Origin: Eledone cirrhosa
Lineage: Eukaryota
Assembly (NCBI GenBank): GCA_964016885.1
Contig: OZ024740.1
Location: forward strand, 160,394,001 to 160,458,000
DNA: 64,000 bases
Direction: 5' to 3'
Below are positions 12,933 through 26,540 of the stretch, one piece after another (within the stretch, counting starts at the first letter, position 1; each line of letters begins with the position of its first letter). The notes beneath the pieces were generated by a model, which was not told the DNA's origin, did no database searches, and saw only the letters and a program-made list of their open reading frames with translations. The position numbers and the translations under genes are program-made.

Positions 12933-12980
<48 letters not shown>

Positions 12981-13898
12981 ATGCTGCTGTGCGTCTGTGT
13001 ACATGTGTGTATGTACGTATACATGCATACTTACATTTAAGTAAGTGCCATACTAAGAGTGAGAAGTGAAATTTCGTTTTCATTTTGTTTCAATTTATCG
13101 TTTTCGGTATGCCTAACCGATTTAACTCACTCAATATGCAAATTAGGCTGCTCAGCCGTTAATTTTCATAAGGAAAGTATATGCTTTCGAACGTTCAACT
13201 ATCTGGCAGATGGGTAAACGGTGCTGATGATAGCTAACAAGCTTGAAACTAGTACATCGTTCCTGTGTCAGTGTTGAACAAAAAGGTGACGTGGTTGCCT
13301 TAACACCGTATGGCATAAATTCAGGCTGTTCAGTTTGTTTACAAACGAACAAAGCGACGTTAGCGCCGCTAAACTGATACGTGCATATATGTATGTGTAC
13401 CTGTATGCATATGTATGTATATGTGTATGTATATATATATATATATATATGTATATATGTGCATGCTACTGTGCGTCTGTATACATATATGTATGTACGT
13501 ATACATGCATACTTACATTTAAGTAAGTGCCATACTAAGAGTGAGAAATGAAATTTCGTTTTCATTTTGTTTCAATTTATCGTTTTCGGTATGCCTAACC
13601 GATTTAACTCACTCAATATGCAAATTAGGCTGCTCAGCCGTTAATTTTCATAAGGAAAGTATATACTTTCGAACGTTCAACTATCTGGCAGATGGGTAAA
13701 CGGTGCTGATGATAGCTAACAGGCTTGAAACTAGTACATCGTTCCTGTGTCAGTGTTGAACAAAAAGGTGACGTGGTTGCCTTAACACCGTATGGCATAA
13801 GTTCAGGCTGTTCGGTTTGTTTACAAACGAACAAAGCGACGTTAGCGCCGCTAAACTGATACGTGCATATATGTATGTGTGCCTGTATGCATATGTGT

Positions 13899-13946
<48 letters not shown>

Positions 13947-14864
13947 ATGCTGCTGTGCGTCTGTGTACATGTGTGTATGTACGTATACATGCATACTTAC
14001 ATTTAAGTAAGTGCCATACTAAGAGTGAGAAGTGAAATTTCGTTTTCATTTTGTTTCAATTTATCGTTTTCGGTATGCCTAACCGATTTAACTCACTCAA
14101 TATGCAAATTAGGCTGCTCAGCCGTTAATTTTCATAAGGAAAGTATATGCTTTCGAACGTTCAACTATCTGGCAGATGGGTAAACGGTGCTGATGATAGC
14201 TAACAAGCTTGAAACTAGTACATCGTTCCTGTGTCAGTGTTGAACAAAAAGGTGACGTGGTTGCCTTAACACCGTATGGCATAAATTCAGGCTGTTCAGT
14301 TTGTTTACAAACGAACAAAGCGACGTTAGCGCCGCTAAACTGATACGTGCATATATGTATGTGTACCTGTATGCATATGTATGTATATGTGTATGTATAT
14401 ATATATATATATATATGTATATATGTGCATGCTACTGTGCGTCTGTATACATATATGTATGTACGTATACATGCATACTTACATTTAAGTAAGTGCCATA
14501 CTAAGAGTGAGAAATGAAATTTCGTTTTCATTTTGTTTCAATTTATCGTTTTCGGTATGCCTAACCGATTTAACTCACTCAATATGCAAATTAGGCTGCT
14601 CAGCCGTTAATTTTCATAAGGAAAGTATATACTTTCGAACGTTCAACTATCTGGCAGATGGGTAAACGGTGCTGATGATAGCTAACAGGCTTGAAACTAG
14701 TACATCGTTCCTGTGTCAGTGTTGAACAAAAAGGTGACGTGGTTGCCTTAACACCGTATGGCATAAGTTCAGGCTGTTCGGTTTGTTTACAAACGAACAA
14801 AGCGACGTTAGCGCCGCTAAACTGATACGTGCATATATGTATGTGTGCCTGTATGCATATGTGT

Positions 14865-14912
<48 letters not shown>

Positions 14913-15830
14913 ATGCTGCTGTGCGTCTGTGTACATGTGTGTATGTACGTATACATGCATACTTACATTTAAGTAAGTGCCATACTAAGAGTGAGAAGTG
15001 AAATTTCGTTTTCATTTTGTTTCAATTTATCGTTTTCGGTATGCCTAACCGATTTAACTCACTCAATATGCAAATTAGGCTGCTCAGCCGTTAATTTTCA
15101 TAAGGAAAGTATATGCTTTCGAACGTTCAACTATCTGGCAGATGGGTAAACGGTGCTGATGATAGCTAACAAGCTTGAAACTAGTACATCGTTCCTGTGT
15201 CAGTGTTGAACAAAAAGGTGACGTGGTTGCCTTAACACCGTATGGCATAAATTCAGGCTGTTCAGTTTGTTTACAAACGAACAAAGCGACGTTAGCGCCG
15301 CTAAACTGATACGTGCATATATGTATGTGTACCTGTATGCATATGTATGTATATGTGTATGTATATATATATATATATATATGTATATATGTGCATGCTA
15401 CTGTGCGTCTGTATACATATATGTATGTACGTATACATGCATACTTACATTTAAGTAAGTGCCATACTAAGAGTGAGAAATGAAATTTCGTTTTCATTTT
15501 GTTTCAATTTATCGTTTTCGGTATGCCTAACCGATTTAACTCACTCAATATGCAAATTAGGCTGCTCAGCCGTTAATTTTCATAAGGAAAGTATATACTT
15601 TCGAACGTTCAACTATCTGGCAGATGGGTAAACGGTGCTGATGATAGCTAACAGGCTTGAAACTAGTACATCGTTCCTGTGTCAGTGTTGAACAAAAAGG
15701 TGACGTGGTTGCCTTAACACCGTATGGCATAAGTTCAGGCTGTTCGGTTTGTTTACAAACGAACAAAGCGACGTTAGCGCCGCTAAACTGATACGTGCAT
15801 ATATGTATGTGTGCCTGTATGCATATGTGT

Positions 15831-15882
<52 letters not shown>

Positions 15883-16801
15883 ATGCTGCTGTGCGTCTGT
15901 GTACATGTGTGTATGTACGTATACATGCATACTTACATTTAAGTAAGTGCCATACTAAGAGTGAGAAGTGAAATTTCGTTTTCATTTTGTTTCAATTTAT
16001 CGTTTTCGGTATGCCTAACCGATTTAACTCACTCAATATGCAAATTAGGCTGCTCAGCCGTTAATTTTCATAAGGAAAGTATATGCTTTCGAACGTTCAA
16101 CTATCTGGCAGATGGGTAAACGGTGCTGATGATAGCTAACAAGCTTGAAACTAGTACATCGTTCCTGTGTCAGTGTTGAACAAAAAGGTGACGTGGTTGC
16201 CTTAACACCGTATGGCATAAATTCAGGCTGTTCAGTTTGTTTACAAACGAACAAAGCGACGTTAGCGCCGCTAAACTGATACGTGCATATATGTATGTGT
16301 ACCTGTATGCATATGTATGTATATGTGTATGTATATATATATATATATATATGTATATATGTGCATGCTACTGTGCGTCTGTATACATATATGTATGTAC
16401 GTATACATGCATACTTACATTTAAGTAAGTGCCATACTAAGAGTGAGAAATGAAATTTCGTTTTCATTTTGTTTCAATTTATCGTTTTCGGTATGCCTAA
16501 CCGATTTAACTCACTCAATATGCAAATTAGGCTGCTCAGCCGTTAATTTTCATAAGGAAAGTATATACTTTCGAACGTTCAACTATCTGGCAGATGGGTA
16601 AACGGTGCTGATGATAGCTAACAGGCTTGAAACTAGTACATCGTTCCTGTGTCAGTGTTGAACAAAAAGGTGACGTGGTTGCCTTAACACCGTATGGCAT
16701 AAGTTCAGGCTGTTCGGTTTGTTTACAAACGAACAAAGCGACGTTAGCGCCGCTAAACTGATACGTGCATATATGTATGTGTGCCTGTATGCATATGTGT
16801 G

Positions 16802-16848
<47 letters not shown>

Positions 16849-17285
16849 ATGCTGCTGTGCGTCTGTGTACATGTGTGTATGTACGTATACATGCATACTT
16901 ACATTTAAGTAAGTGCCATACTAAGAGTGAGAAGTGAAATTTCGTTTTCATTTTGTTTCAATTTATCGTTTTCGGTATGCCTAACCGATTTAACTCACTC
17001 AATATGCAAATTAGGCTGCTCAGCCGTTAATTTTCATAAGGAAAGTATATGCTTTCGAACGTTCAACTATCTGGCAGATGGGTAAACGGTGCTGATGATA
17101 GCTAACAAGCTTGAAACTAGTACATCGTTCCTGTGTCAGTGTTGAACAAAAAGGTGACGTGGTTGCCTTAACACCGTATGGCATAAATTCAGGCTGTTCA
17201 GTTTGTTTACAAACGAACAAAGCGACGTTAGCGCCGCTAAACTGATACGTGCATATATGTATGTGTACCTGTATGCATATGTATG

Positions 17286-17316
<31 letters not shown>

Positions 17317-17448
17317 ATGTATATATGTGCATGCTACTGTGCGTCTGTATACATATATGTATGTACGTATACATGCATACTTACATTTAAGTAAGTGCCA
17401 TACTAAGAGTGAGAAATGAAATTTCGTTTTCATTTTGTTTCAATTTAT
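11783..17448 (+). mobile_element. Retrozyme-like non-coding tandem array: about 11.7 units of 482/484 bp (966-bp dimer repeat), one HHR per unit
   Basis: Near-identical units; HHRs start at 12251, 12733, 13217, 13699, 14183, 14665, 15149, 15631, 16119, 16601, 17085, plus a 5'-truncated one at 11783. No credible ORF; flanked by TA-rich tracts. Confidence 0.88.
12251..12295 (+). ncRNA. Canonical minimal type I hammerhead ribozyme (first of 11 intact copies)
   Basis: AACGGTG-CTGATGA-T-AGCT(AACA)AGCT-T-GAAA-CTAG-TA-CATCGTT; 7-bp stem I, palindromic ACTAGT stem III; predicted GUA cleavage after 12288. Confidence 0.9.
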
Positions 17449-17532
17449 CATATATATATACATATATATAAATATATATAATATATACATATATATAATA
17501 TATACATATATATAAATATATATAATATATAC

Positions 17533-17563
<31 letters not shown>

Positions 17564-17647
17564 CATATATATAAATATATATATAATATATACATATATA
17601 TAAATATATATAATATATACATATATATAAATATATATAATATATAC

Positions 17648-17678
<31 letters not shown>

Positions 17679-17719
17679 CATATATATAAATATATATAAT
17701 ATATACATATATATAAATA

Positions 17720-18835
17720 TATTACGCCAGGGACCACATCTTAAACAAAAAATCTGAGGCAATTTCGGCTTGTAAACATAAATTGCACAAAACTTTCCTG
17801 TATTACAGCCCCACGTTATACCCTAACGGATAGCACGATCTATACGTGGATATTTTACGTCTTGATGTGGGAGCTAAGTATATGTTTTGTTTATTCCTTT
17901 AATTATTTGCATAGGTAAGTATATATTACCCGTATGTTTTGTGAAGGTATGTATACCTTCTCGTACGTATATTTGACTGTTATGGCGTATAATTTTTACA
18001 TATTCTGGTATTTAGGGTTTGGCTATGTGTATACGGGAGTTTTGCGTCTGCGTGAGTATGCAGGTTCGTACGTATGGTGGGTGTGTGTATATGTGTACTT
18101 CTTGTTTTAGTTGACTTACGTCTCCGAACATTCGTGTATTTATTTGTAGGTATGTGTGTGCGCTTGTTATATACGTATTTATTTACTTATATACGTTTAT
18201 ATAATTATTTATTTATTTATTTGTACACAAGCATACACACACACACATATTTATATGTGCGTGGTTTTGTATACCTATGGTAAGGGTTTGCGAATGCTTG
18301 TGTATGTACGTATCTGTTTGCGTGTATGTATTTATTTGTTTCTATTACTTCTGTATTGTATTTATTTACTTTGTTCTTAACTCTGTAGCGGAGATTCATT
18401 TGGTCTCCTAGTTAGAATTTTAGTCTACAACTTCTGCTTTACCTTTTACGTGGTTTTGTCTTTGCGTGCTATTGTTCTCTACGCTCCACATATGACGTAT
18501 TATCTTCGTTTTTTTCGTTCATCGCCAGAGAATGTCTCTATGCACCACCTAAGAGAACATTAGTCTACGACCTCTATTATACCATAAACGTGGTTCTGTC
18601 TTTGCGCGTAATTGTTTTTCACTGATCCTTTTTCACGTATTATTCGTTTTTTCCCGTTCTTAGCCAGCGAACGTTTCCACGAACCAAAGTATCGTCTTCC
18701 TGTCTTCCTCCGGTTGCAACGTTTTTTGAAATATCCAGTTCTGCGTTTACAGATTGACTTTGTTAGTTTCAGAAGATCCCGTTAAGGGTGAAAGCAGCGA
18801 TTCTTTGCTTAAACTTTAATCTGTTATTTTAATAA
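17720..18835 (+). mobile_element. Non-coding repeat (probable PLE 3' UTR or non-autonomous PLE) ending in a CAGAAGA HHR motif (18765-18815)
   Basis: Its 3' 220 bp match 10545-10770; internal duplication about 18412-18520 / 18560-18660; bounded by TA tracts. Confidence 0.6.
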
Positions 18836-19368
18836 ATATATATATATATATATATATGACGGCGATGAATTAGTTTTGCGAGGTTTTTGATATGAAATCG
18901 TGTGTCGAAACAAATATTGTTATACGAACATGCCAGACAACAACATGACTGTAACATAGACAACATAGAAATTAGAGTAATATCTAAACATAGAAATGAC
19001 CCAGCAGATAGGCAAGTCAGAGAGGCCAGTGAAATAGAACTTAGAAGGCCAAAGTTAAACAGAAAGAATGAATGGTATAACAACAACACCCAAAAAAACA
19101 ACACTGACCTAAGAGAAGTATAAATAAATAAATAGATAAATAAATACATACACAAGCACAATAACAACAAACACATATAAACACACACTAGTAAAGATAG
19201 AATACATTAACCAATACACAGTCACCCAATCACGAACATACATCAAACAAAACACTATACACACACGCAAACGCATGCGCAAAGAAAACAAAATAAAATA
19301 AATAAATATATAAACAGACTAAATAAAGATGGCGTAGAAAATACAATGAAATGGGAGGAAACAATAGC

Positions 19369-19410
19369 ATCACTGACGATGTTGCAGATGTGCAACGAAA
19401 GAACTTTGAT
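19369..19410 (+). ncRNA. Minimal type I hammerhead ribozyme
   Basis: ATCA-CTGACGA-T-GTTGCA(GATG)TGCAAC-GAAA-GAAC-TT-TGAT. Confidence 0.8.
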
Positions 19411-19444
19411 AAACTATATATATGTGTTTGTGTCTATATTGTAT

Positions 19445-19610
19445 CTGTGGACGCCATGCTTTGATGCATAGAGTTACGATCCTTGCCATTCTGAGTTCAA
19501 ATCCCGCCGAGGTAAACTTTGCCTTTCATCCTTACGGGGTCGATAAAATAAAGTACCAGTAATGTACTGGGTAATTTGCTGGCCTTGTGCCAAATGTAGA
19601 AACAATTATT
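19445..19610 (+). mobile_element. tRNA-derived SINE family 1 (5' truncated)
   Basis: GTTCAAATCCC B box; CTTTGCCTTTCATCCTTACGGGGTCGATAAAA domain; GTAGAAACAATTATT tail. Confidence 0.85.
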
Positions 19611-19936
19611 TTTGACCGTTGGTCAGTCAATGGCAACATTGAGGACCGAATAAATTAGATTACCGATATAAAAGACACAGAAGCGAAAACCAACCAAACA
19701 GTGAGTGTGATCTGTTATTAATTCTAGCAATATGACCCTCCCCAAGTATAACAATATATATATATATACGGAAGTGTCTCTGGTAGGTTTTCTGCAGCTG
19801 GATGCCCTTCCTAATACCAACCACTTTTACAGTGTAGACTGGGAGCCTTTTTACATGTCTCCTACACAAACTCTTTACAGTGTGGACTGAGTGCTTTTTG
19901 TTGTGTAAAAGAACATCTATTTTATTAATATTTGTA

Positions 19937-19982
<46 letters not shown>

Positions 19983-19990
<8 letters not shown>

Positions 19991-22100
19991 TACAAATATT
20001 AATAAAATAGATGTTCTTTTTATCAATTACATTTTATTATACATATTTAGGATGTACAACAGTACGTCCTCATCAGACAAATATAATGATACATGACATA
20101 CCCTGAGATGTTAAATGGTTAAGATTTAATGAAAGTAGTGATTAACCTAAGAGAAAGTTTAACATTTATACCCTACTAATGAGAAAATGCGAAAACGTAA
20201 TAAATTCAATAGAGAATGTGTAAGTAAGAAAAACGTTGCTTAATGTAACAGTTATAGAGTAGAGATTTTTAAATGTGTGATACTACAATTTATCTGGGAA
20301 AACAGTCAATGAGAGCCACTGGAATAGAATATATAGAGAGGGAAAGCTAAGTGGTAATATATGTAGGAGTTTTTCGAAAGTTAAACGGTTAAGTTTGAAA
20401 ATATTTAATTTATGTTATTTTAGGGTGAAGAATCAAGATTTTAGTTTTTTTTTTAAATTGCTGGTTATTTATATTTATTAGTTTTGTAAATTCTATAAGT
20501 GTTTTAACATTTCTAAACTTCGGAATTTTATGAGGATAACTTTTAAAGGATTTAGCTGGCCAGGGGAAAGGAAAGTTTACACTGTTGAATATTTTCCAAA
20601 TGTGAACTTTACCGAAGATAATCATTGTCAACATATATGGTATGTAAATCTTATGAAGTACTTATTGTTAGAAATATTTAAATAACTATTATGTATATAT
20701 ATATATTAATGAGCCAGTATATTTTAGGTAAATGATAACGAAAATAAAAAGAAAATAATAGATTGAGGCATGCTAAAGTTTAATATATACCTATATATAA
20801 CATGGTGTAAATGCATTAATTATTCATAGTTCGAAATAAATAATAATCAATAAATTTAGAAGTTAACTAAAAATGATGTATAGAAAGAAAACAGGGAGGT
20901 ATATATGGATATAAATTAGGTATTATTGATATAAATTAGGTATTTTTGATACAGTATACTTTAGATAAATGATAACGGTTCTAATTTTATATAATAAAGT
21001 TCGAACGTGTTATAGTTAAATACATATATATATATAAGAAAAGCAAGGAAAGTTTAAACTGTTGAATATTTTCCTAAATGTAAACTTTACCGAAGATAAT
21101 CATTGTCAACATATATAGTATGTAAATCTTATGAAGTACTTATTGTTAGAAATATTTAACTAACGATTTTGTATATAGATATTTATTAATGAGCCAGTAT
21201 ATTTTAGGTAAATGATAACGAAAAAAAATAATAGATTGAGGCATGCTAAAGGTAAATATATACCTATATATAACAGGGTGCATTAATTATTCATAGTTCG
21301 AAATAAATAATAATTAAGAAATTTATAAGTTAACTAAAAGTTATGTATAGAAAGATACAGGGAGGTATATATGGATATAAATTAGGTATTATTGATACAG
21401 TATACTTTAGGTAAATGATAACGGTTATAATTTTATATAATAAAGTTCGAACGTGTTATAGTTAAATACATATATATATATATAAGAAGAGCAATAATAA
21501 AGGCATGGATAATTCAGAGTTCAAAATAAGGTCTATAATAATTTGTAGATTGTATATTTGAATCATGGATATAAAAATGCAGTAGGTGTATTTGAAAAAA
21601 AAGTAGAAAATATAATTACATACATATTATAAATAAGAGATCAAAAACACATGAAAGATTCACAGTTAGAAATAAGTTCCATACAAATGTATGGGTTGGA
21701 TATTAAACTAACATTTAAAACTTAGATAGGAAGATAAAGATAGAGAAATAAAGAAATAATGGTATGGATCAAAGTTAATAATGTTATGTATATCAATGTT
21801 CCGGCATGTTATTGAACAAGTGTCTTTCATTCCAGCGTTATTTCTTCTATAGATAGTTATAAGATAAAGCAATATTAAAGGCCATTAATTCTTTCCTTAT
21901 TTTAATTTATATTCTTTTTGAAGGTCCGATGAGCTGCTCTCTCTTTACCTATGTTAATTATTTTCAACTGAACCAGATCAATAATGATATATAATCATTT
22001 GATCCAGAAATATTATATGGAGTAGCGAAACAATTGTAAATGGACATTATTATTATTAATATTGTTATTATTATTCTCTACATTACTTACATCAAAATAA
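19983..22100 (-). mobile_element. AT-rich probable PLE 3' region with an about 475-bp tandem duplication and a decayed HHR (20031-20084)
   Basis: 20571-21040 is repeated at 21047-21490; minus strand reads CTGATGA-GGACGTAC(TGTT)GTACATCC-TAAA-TATGTA-TA. Confidence 0.5.
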
Positions 22101-22328
22101 ATATGTTGACAATCTATTAATAATGACTGCCTTCTGAAATTTGTGGTCTTGTTTGGCTTAACTAATGAATATTTCCAGCTCTGTGCACCTAACCTCTGCA
22201 TGAACCCAGCCACCTAGCTGCTTTCCACTGCATATTGCACATTGAGCACATGCCTTTACGCTTTGGCTTATTCACCAATCTCTCCTCTCCTATCTCCATC
22301 TCTCTTTTTAAGATTGTTGACTCTTGAA

Positions 22329-22399
<71 letters not shown>

Positions 22400-22405
22400 T
22401 ATATT

Positions 22406-22437
<32 letters not shown>

Positions 22438-22587
22438 CACATATATATACACACATATATATGTATCTATCTATATACATATATATATATATATAGATAC
22501 ATATATATATGTGTGTATATATATATATACATATATATATGTGTATAGATACATATATATATGTGTATATATATATATATACATATA

Positions 22588-22666
<79 letters not shown>

Positions 22667-22732
22667 AAATATATATGTATATATATATATATATATAAAT
22701 ATCCACTATATAAATAAATATATATATATAAC

Positions 22733-22913
22733 TGTTTCTACTTTAGGCACAAGGCCAGCAAATTACCCAGTACATTACTGGTACTTTATTTTATCGACCC
22801 CGTAAGGATGAAAGGCAAAGTTAACCTCGGCGGGATTTGAACTCAGACTGTAAAGGGACGTAACTATGCTAGAAAGCATGGCGTCCAACCCTCTACCGAT
22901 ACTGCCAATTCAC
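22733..22913 (-). mobile_element. tRNA-derived SINE family 1
   Basis: Reverse complement of 54697-54897. Confidence 0.88.
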
Positions 22914-25466
22914 CAACGTCCACTTTACAATGTGGGCTGGGTGTTTTTTTGCCGTGGCACCTCCACGACCACCTTGAGTGGGAGGGTGTGGGGGCATATT
23001 GTCTATATGCTTCAGCTTGTACCCATGGGAGGTCGGGTACTCTGTATTACTGCGTGACGCCAGAGGTCACGGTCGTGTGTCATCGCCTTTGAGAGGTGTA
23101 ATTGGGTAAGGTTGGCTTTTATCACCTCATCCCAGGTCTTCTTGGGTTTCCCCACTCCGCGGTTTCCATTGACTTCTAGTGCTCTGCACCTTTTTATACA
23201 GCTGTCATCCTTCATACGCATCACATGTCCATACCAACGCAACCGCCACTCCTGCACACAGCATTTGATTCCTCTTATACTCAGTCTCTCTCTCAATCCA
23301 TCTATGCTTTGTCGTTCGCGTATATTACTATTACACATCCATCGGAGCATGCAGGCTTCGTTTCTTTCTAATCTACGTAAGTCTTCCACCTTCAGCGCCC
23401 AGGTCTCACTACCATGTAACATTGCTGTTCGGATACATACATTATACAGTCAACCTTTCATTTTGAGGGAAAAGCCTTTTGCAGCTAGCAGTGGCAGTTG
23501 TTCCCTGAACTTCTTCCATCCCGTTCTTACCCTAGTTATTGTATTTTCTGAACACCCACCTCCGCTGCTAATTCGGTCACCTAGGTAGCAGAAGCTGTTT
23601 ACTGTTTCTAAAGAGCCCTCCCAGAGATTGGTGGTACTTGTTTCCTGTGGCTGTTTGCTGCTTGCTGTCCCAATACAGCTGCTGCATGTGAAGCCTACAT
23701 TCTTAATTAAGCTTCCTGAGATCCCACTACATTGTGTACCCATTGTTTCCATTTGGGGCAGAGAATGGAGTTCCTACCTACACCTTTCCTACATACTGAG
23801 CAAGGCCATTTCCCTGAGGGGATCTGGGTTCTGTTTTCTCGTCTACTTACAAGGACCTTAGTCTTTGTCATGTTGAATTTGAGACCCTTTCTTTCTAGTC
23901 CCTGCTTCCATGTTTGGAATTTCTTCTCTAGTTCTACCATAGATTCAGCTATAAGTGCGAGGTCATCAGCATACAGGTGTTCCCATGGGCATCCGGTCTG
24001 AAACTCCTCCGTTATTGCCTGCAGGAGTATAATGAACAGGAGAGGGTTTAGAACAGAGCCCTGGTGGACACCAACCTGTACGCTAAATTCCTCGCTATAC
24101 TCATTGCTAATCCTAACTTTGCTGACTGCTCCCCTATACATGGCTTGTACAGCTTTCACAAGCCATTCATCTACTCCTAGTTTTCTAAGAGCCCACCAGA
24201 TTACAGCACGTCGAACTCTGTCAAAGGCTTTCTCGAGATCGACGAATGCCAGGTAGAGTGGCTTACTTTTAGCTAGGTACTTTTCCTGTAACTGCCTCAC
24301 AAGAAAGAGGGCATCAGTGGTGCCTCTTCCTGATACAAACCCAAATTGCATCTCATCTATTTTCACCCGGTCCCTAATCAATCGTGCTATAACTCTCTCT
24401 GTTACTTTCATGACCTGGTCCATCAGCTTTATACCTCTATAGTTTCCTCTATCTAGTGTATCACCTTTACCTTTGTAGCAGTTTGACAATGATGCTACTG
24501 CACCAATCTTTTGGTATGGCCCCTGCTAGTATTACCTAGTTAACGATACGTGTGGTTATAGTGTGACCTACAGACCCAGATGCCTTCAGCATCTCGGTAG
24601 CTATATCCGATGGACCGGTTGCCTTCCCCATCTTCATATCTTTGATTGCCTTACTTACTACGCTGCTGCTGACTTGTACTGCTGGCGCCTCTATAGGGTC
24701 TACTTGTGGTAGGGTCTCTTCTTCCCATGCATTCTCCTCATTTAGTAATCTATCATAATGGCTCTTCCATGCATATTTCTTCTCAACACTTGTGAGGGCA
24801 AGCTCACCTTTATCATTCCGGATACACTTCTCTCCAATGACATCACAATTCTCTCTGACACACTGCCTCGCAATCTTGAACACCTCCTGTTTCTGGTCCT
24901 CACGTTGCAAAACATGCTTGAATGTTCTATCCTCTGCTTCCCTCCTAGCTAAGTATACTTGTCGCCTAGCTTCCCTCTTGGTCTCTATGTAATGTACCCT
25001 GCTTCCCCAATTCTTCCGTTCTTTCCATGCCTGTCTCTTGGCCTTAACTGACTCATCTACCTTATTGTTCCACCAGCAAGTCACTCTCCCCCTGCTTGCG
25101 GCCTTACTCCAGACACAGATCTCATCCGTCGCCTCTAGTAAGTTATTTTTTAGGAATTCCCAGTGCTCTTCTACGTTGAATGTCTGTATCTGTTCTTCTT
25201 TACTGTCGTAGGCGTTGAGTAAAATATCTTTAAATCTGTTACTGGCTGAGGGGTCTTTCAGCTTCCAGATCTTTCTTCTCCAGGTTCGTCTAGTTCTGAC
25301 CATGAGGTCACTGACAACTAAGCTACGTTGGGAGGTACATTCCTCACTAGGGTAGGCTTTTGTGTTTACGACCGTCCATCTGTCACGTCCTGTGATGAGG
25401 ATAACATCTATCTGACTAGAATGGTCCCCTGCTCTATAGGTGATCAGGTGGTTGTCGGTTTTTTTT
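22914..25466 (-). mobile_element. RTE-clade LINE (family A), truncated at both ends
   Basis: RT motifs MQFGF, FVDLEKAFDRV, QGSVLNPLLF, LYADD; highly similar to 29030-32690. Confidence 0.93.
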
Positions 25467-25549
25467 AATATATATATATAAATATACACATATATATATA
25501 CATATATATATATATATATTCAGAAACGAAATATATTTATATATATGTA

Positions 25550-25669
<120 letters not shown>

Positions 25670-25723
25670 TAACTATATATATACGATATTAACAAATGGA
25701 AACTATATTTATAAAACCATATT

Positions 25724-25788
25724 TATTTCATTATACATATATCAAGGACACCAAGTTAAATTATGGTGTGCTTTCATCAGATAAAATA
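25724..25788 (-). ncRNA. Decayed hammerhead motif (GATA in place of GAAA)
   Basis: TATTTTAT-CTGATGA-AAGCACACCA/TGGTGTCCTT-GATA-TATGTA-TA-ATGAAATA. Confidence 0.55.
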
Positions 25789-25860
25789 TAATATAGATCA
25801 GTTTTATAAATAAATATTGGCAAACCCTTAAAGAATGCAACCATTGCAGTTGGAGGTTCC

Positions 25861-26017
<157 letters not shown>

Positions 26018-26148
26018 GATAAATCTACCAAGAGTTTACGGTAGTGTCCAATCCGTATGAAGAACTCAATGTATTCCGGATATCATGGAAAGAAGAAATG
26101 TAATGAAAAATCACTTTCGGTGAAAGATAAACGGTATACAGAGTCAAG

Positions 26149-26540
26149 ATAAAATATTAAACAAATAATGAATAAACAATTCCTTATATTAAACAAAAAA
26201 AGTTCATTATTTAACGATCGTTTCTAGGATATATATGTGTTAGAGTTGGCATGCATATTCAACAGATCTATGTACAAAATTATACAAAATTATACAAACT
26301 ATCAAGATTAAATATACATACCAACACATATATACGCCGTCTTCAGAAATAATGAAGACGGCGTATATATGTGTTGGTATGTATATTTAATCTTGATAGT
26401 TTGTATAATTTTGTATAATTTTGTACATAGATCTGTTGAATATGCATGCCAACTCTAACACATATATATCCTAGAAACGATCGTTAAATAATGAACTTTT
26501 TTTGTTTAATATAAGGAATTGTTTATTCATTATTTGTTTA

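Larger units (their letters stand above)
18857..19762 (+). mobile_element. 5'-truncated PLE (GIY-YIG C-terminus) with inverted terminal arm and nested SINE
   Basis: EHARQQH...DRQVREASEIELRRPKLNRKNEW; 18857-18925 is an inverted copy of the family 3' end. Confidence 0.8.

Noticed and set aside
12186-17433. Repeated 99-139 aa ORFs in the array
   Set aside because: No recognisable domain, they cross a TA tract, and the frame differs between A and B units.
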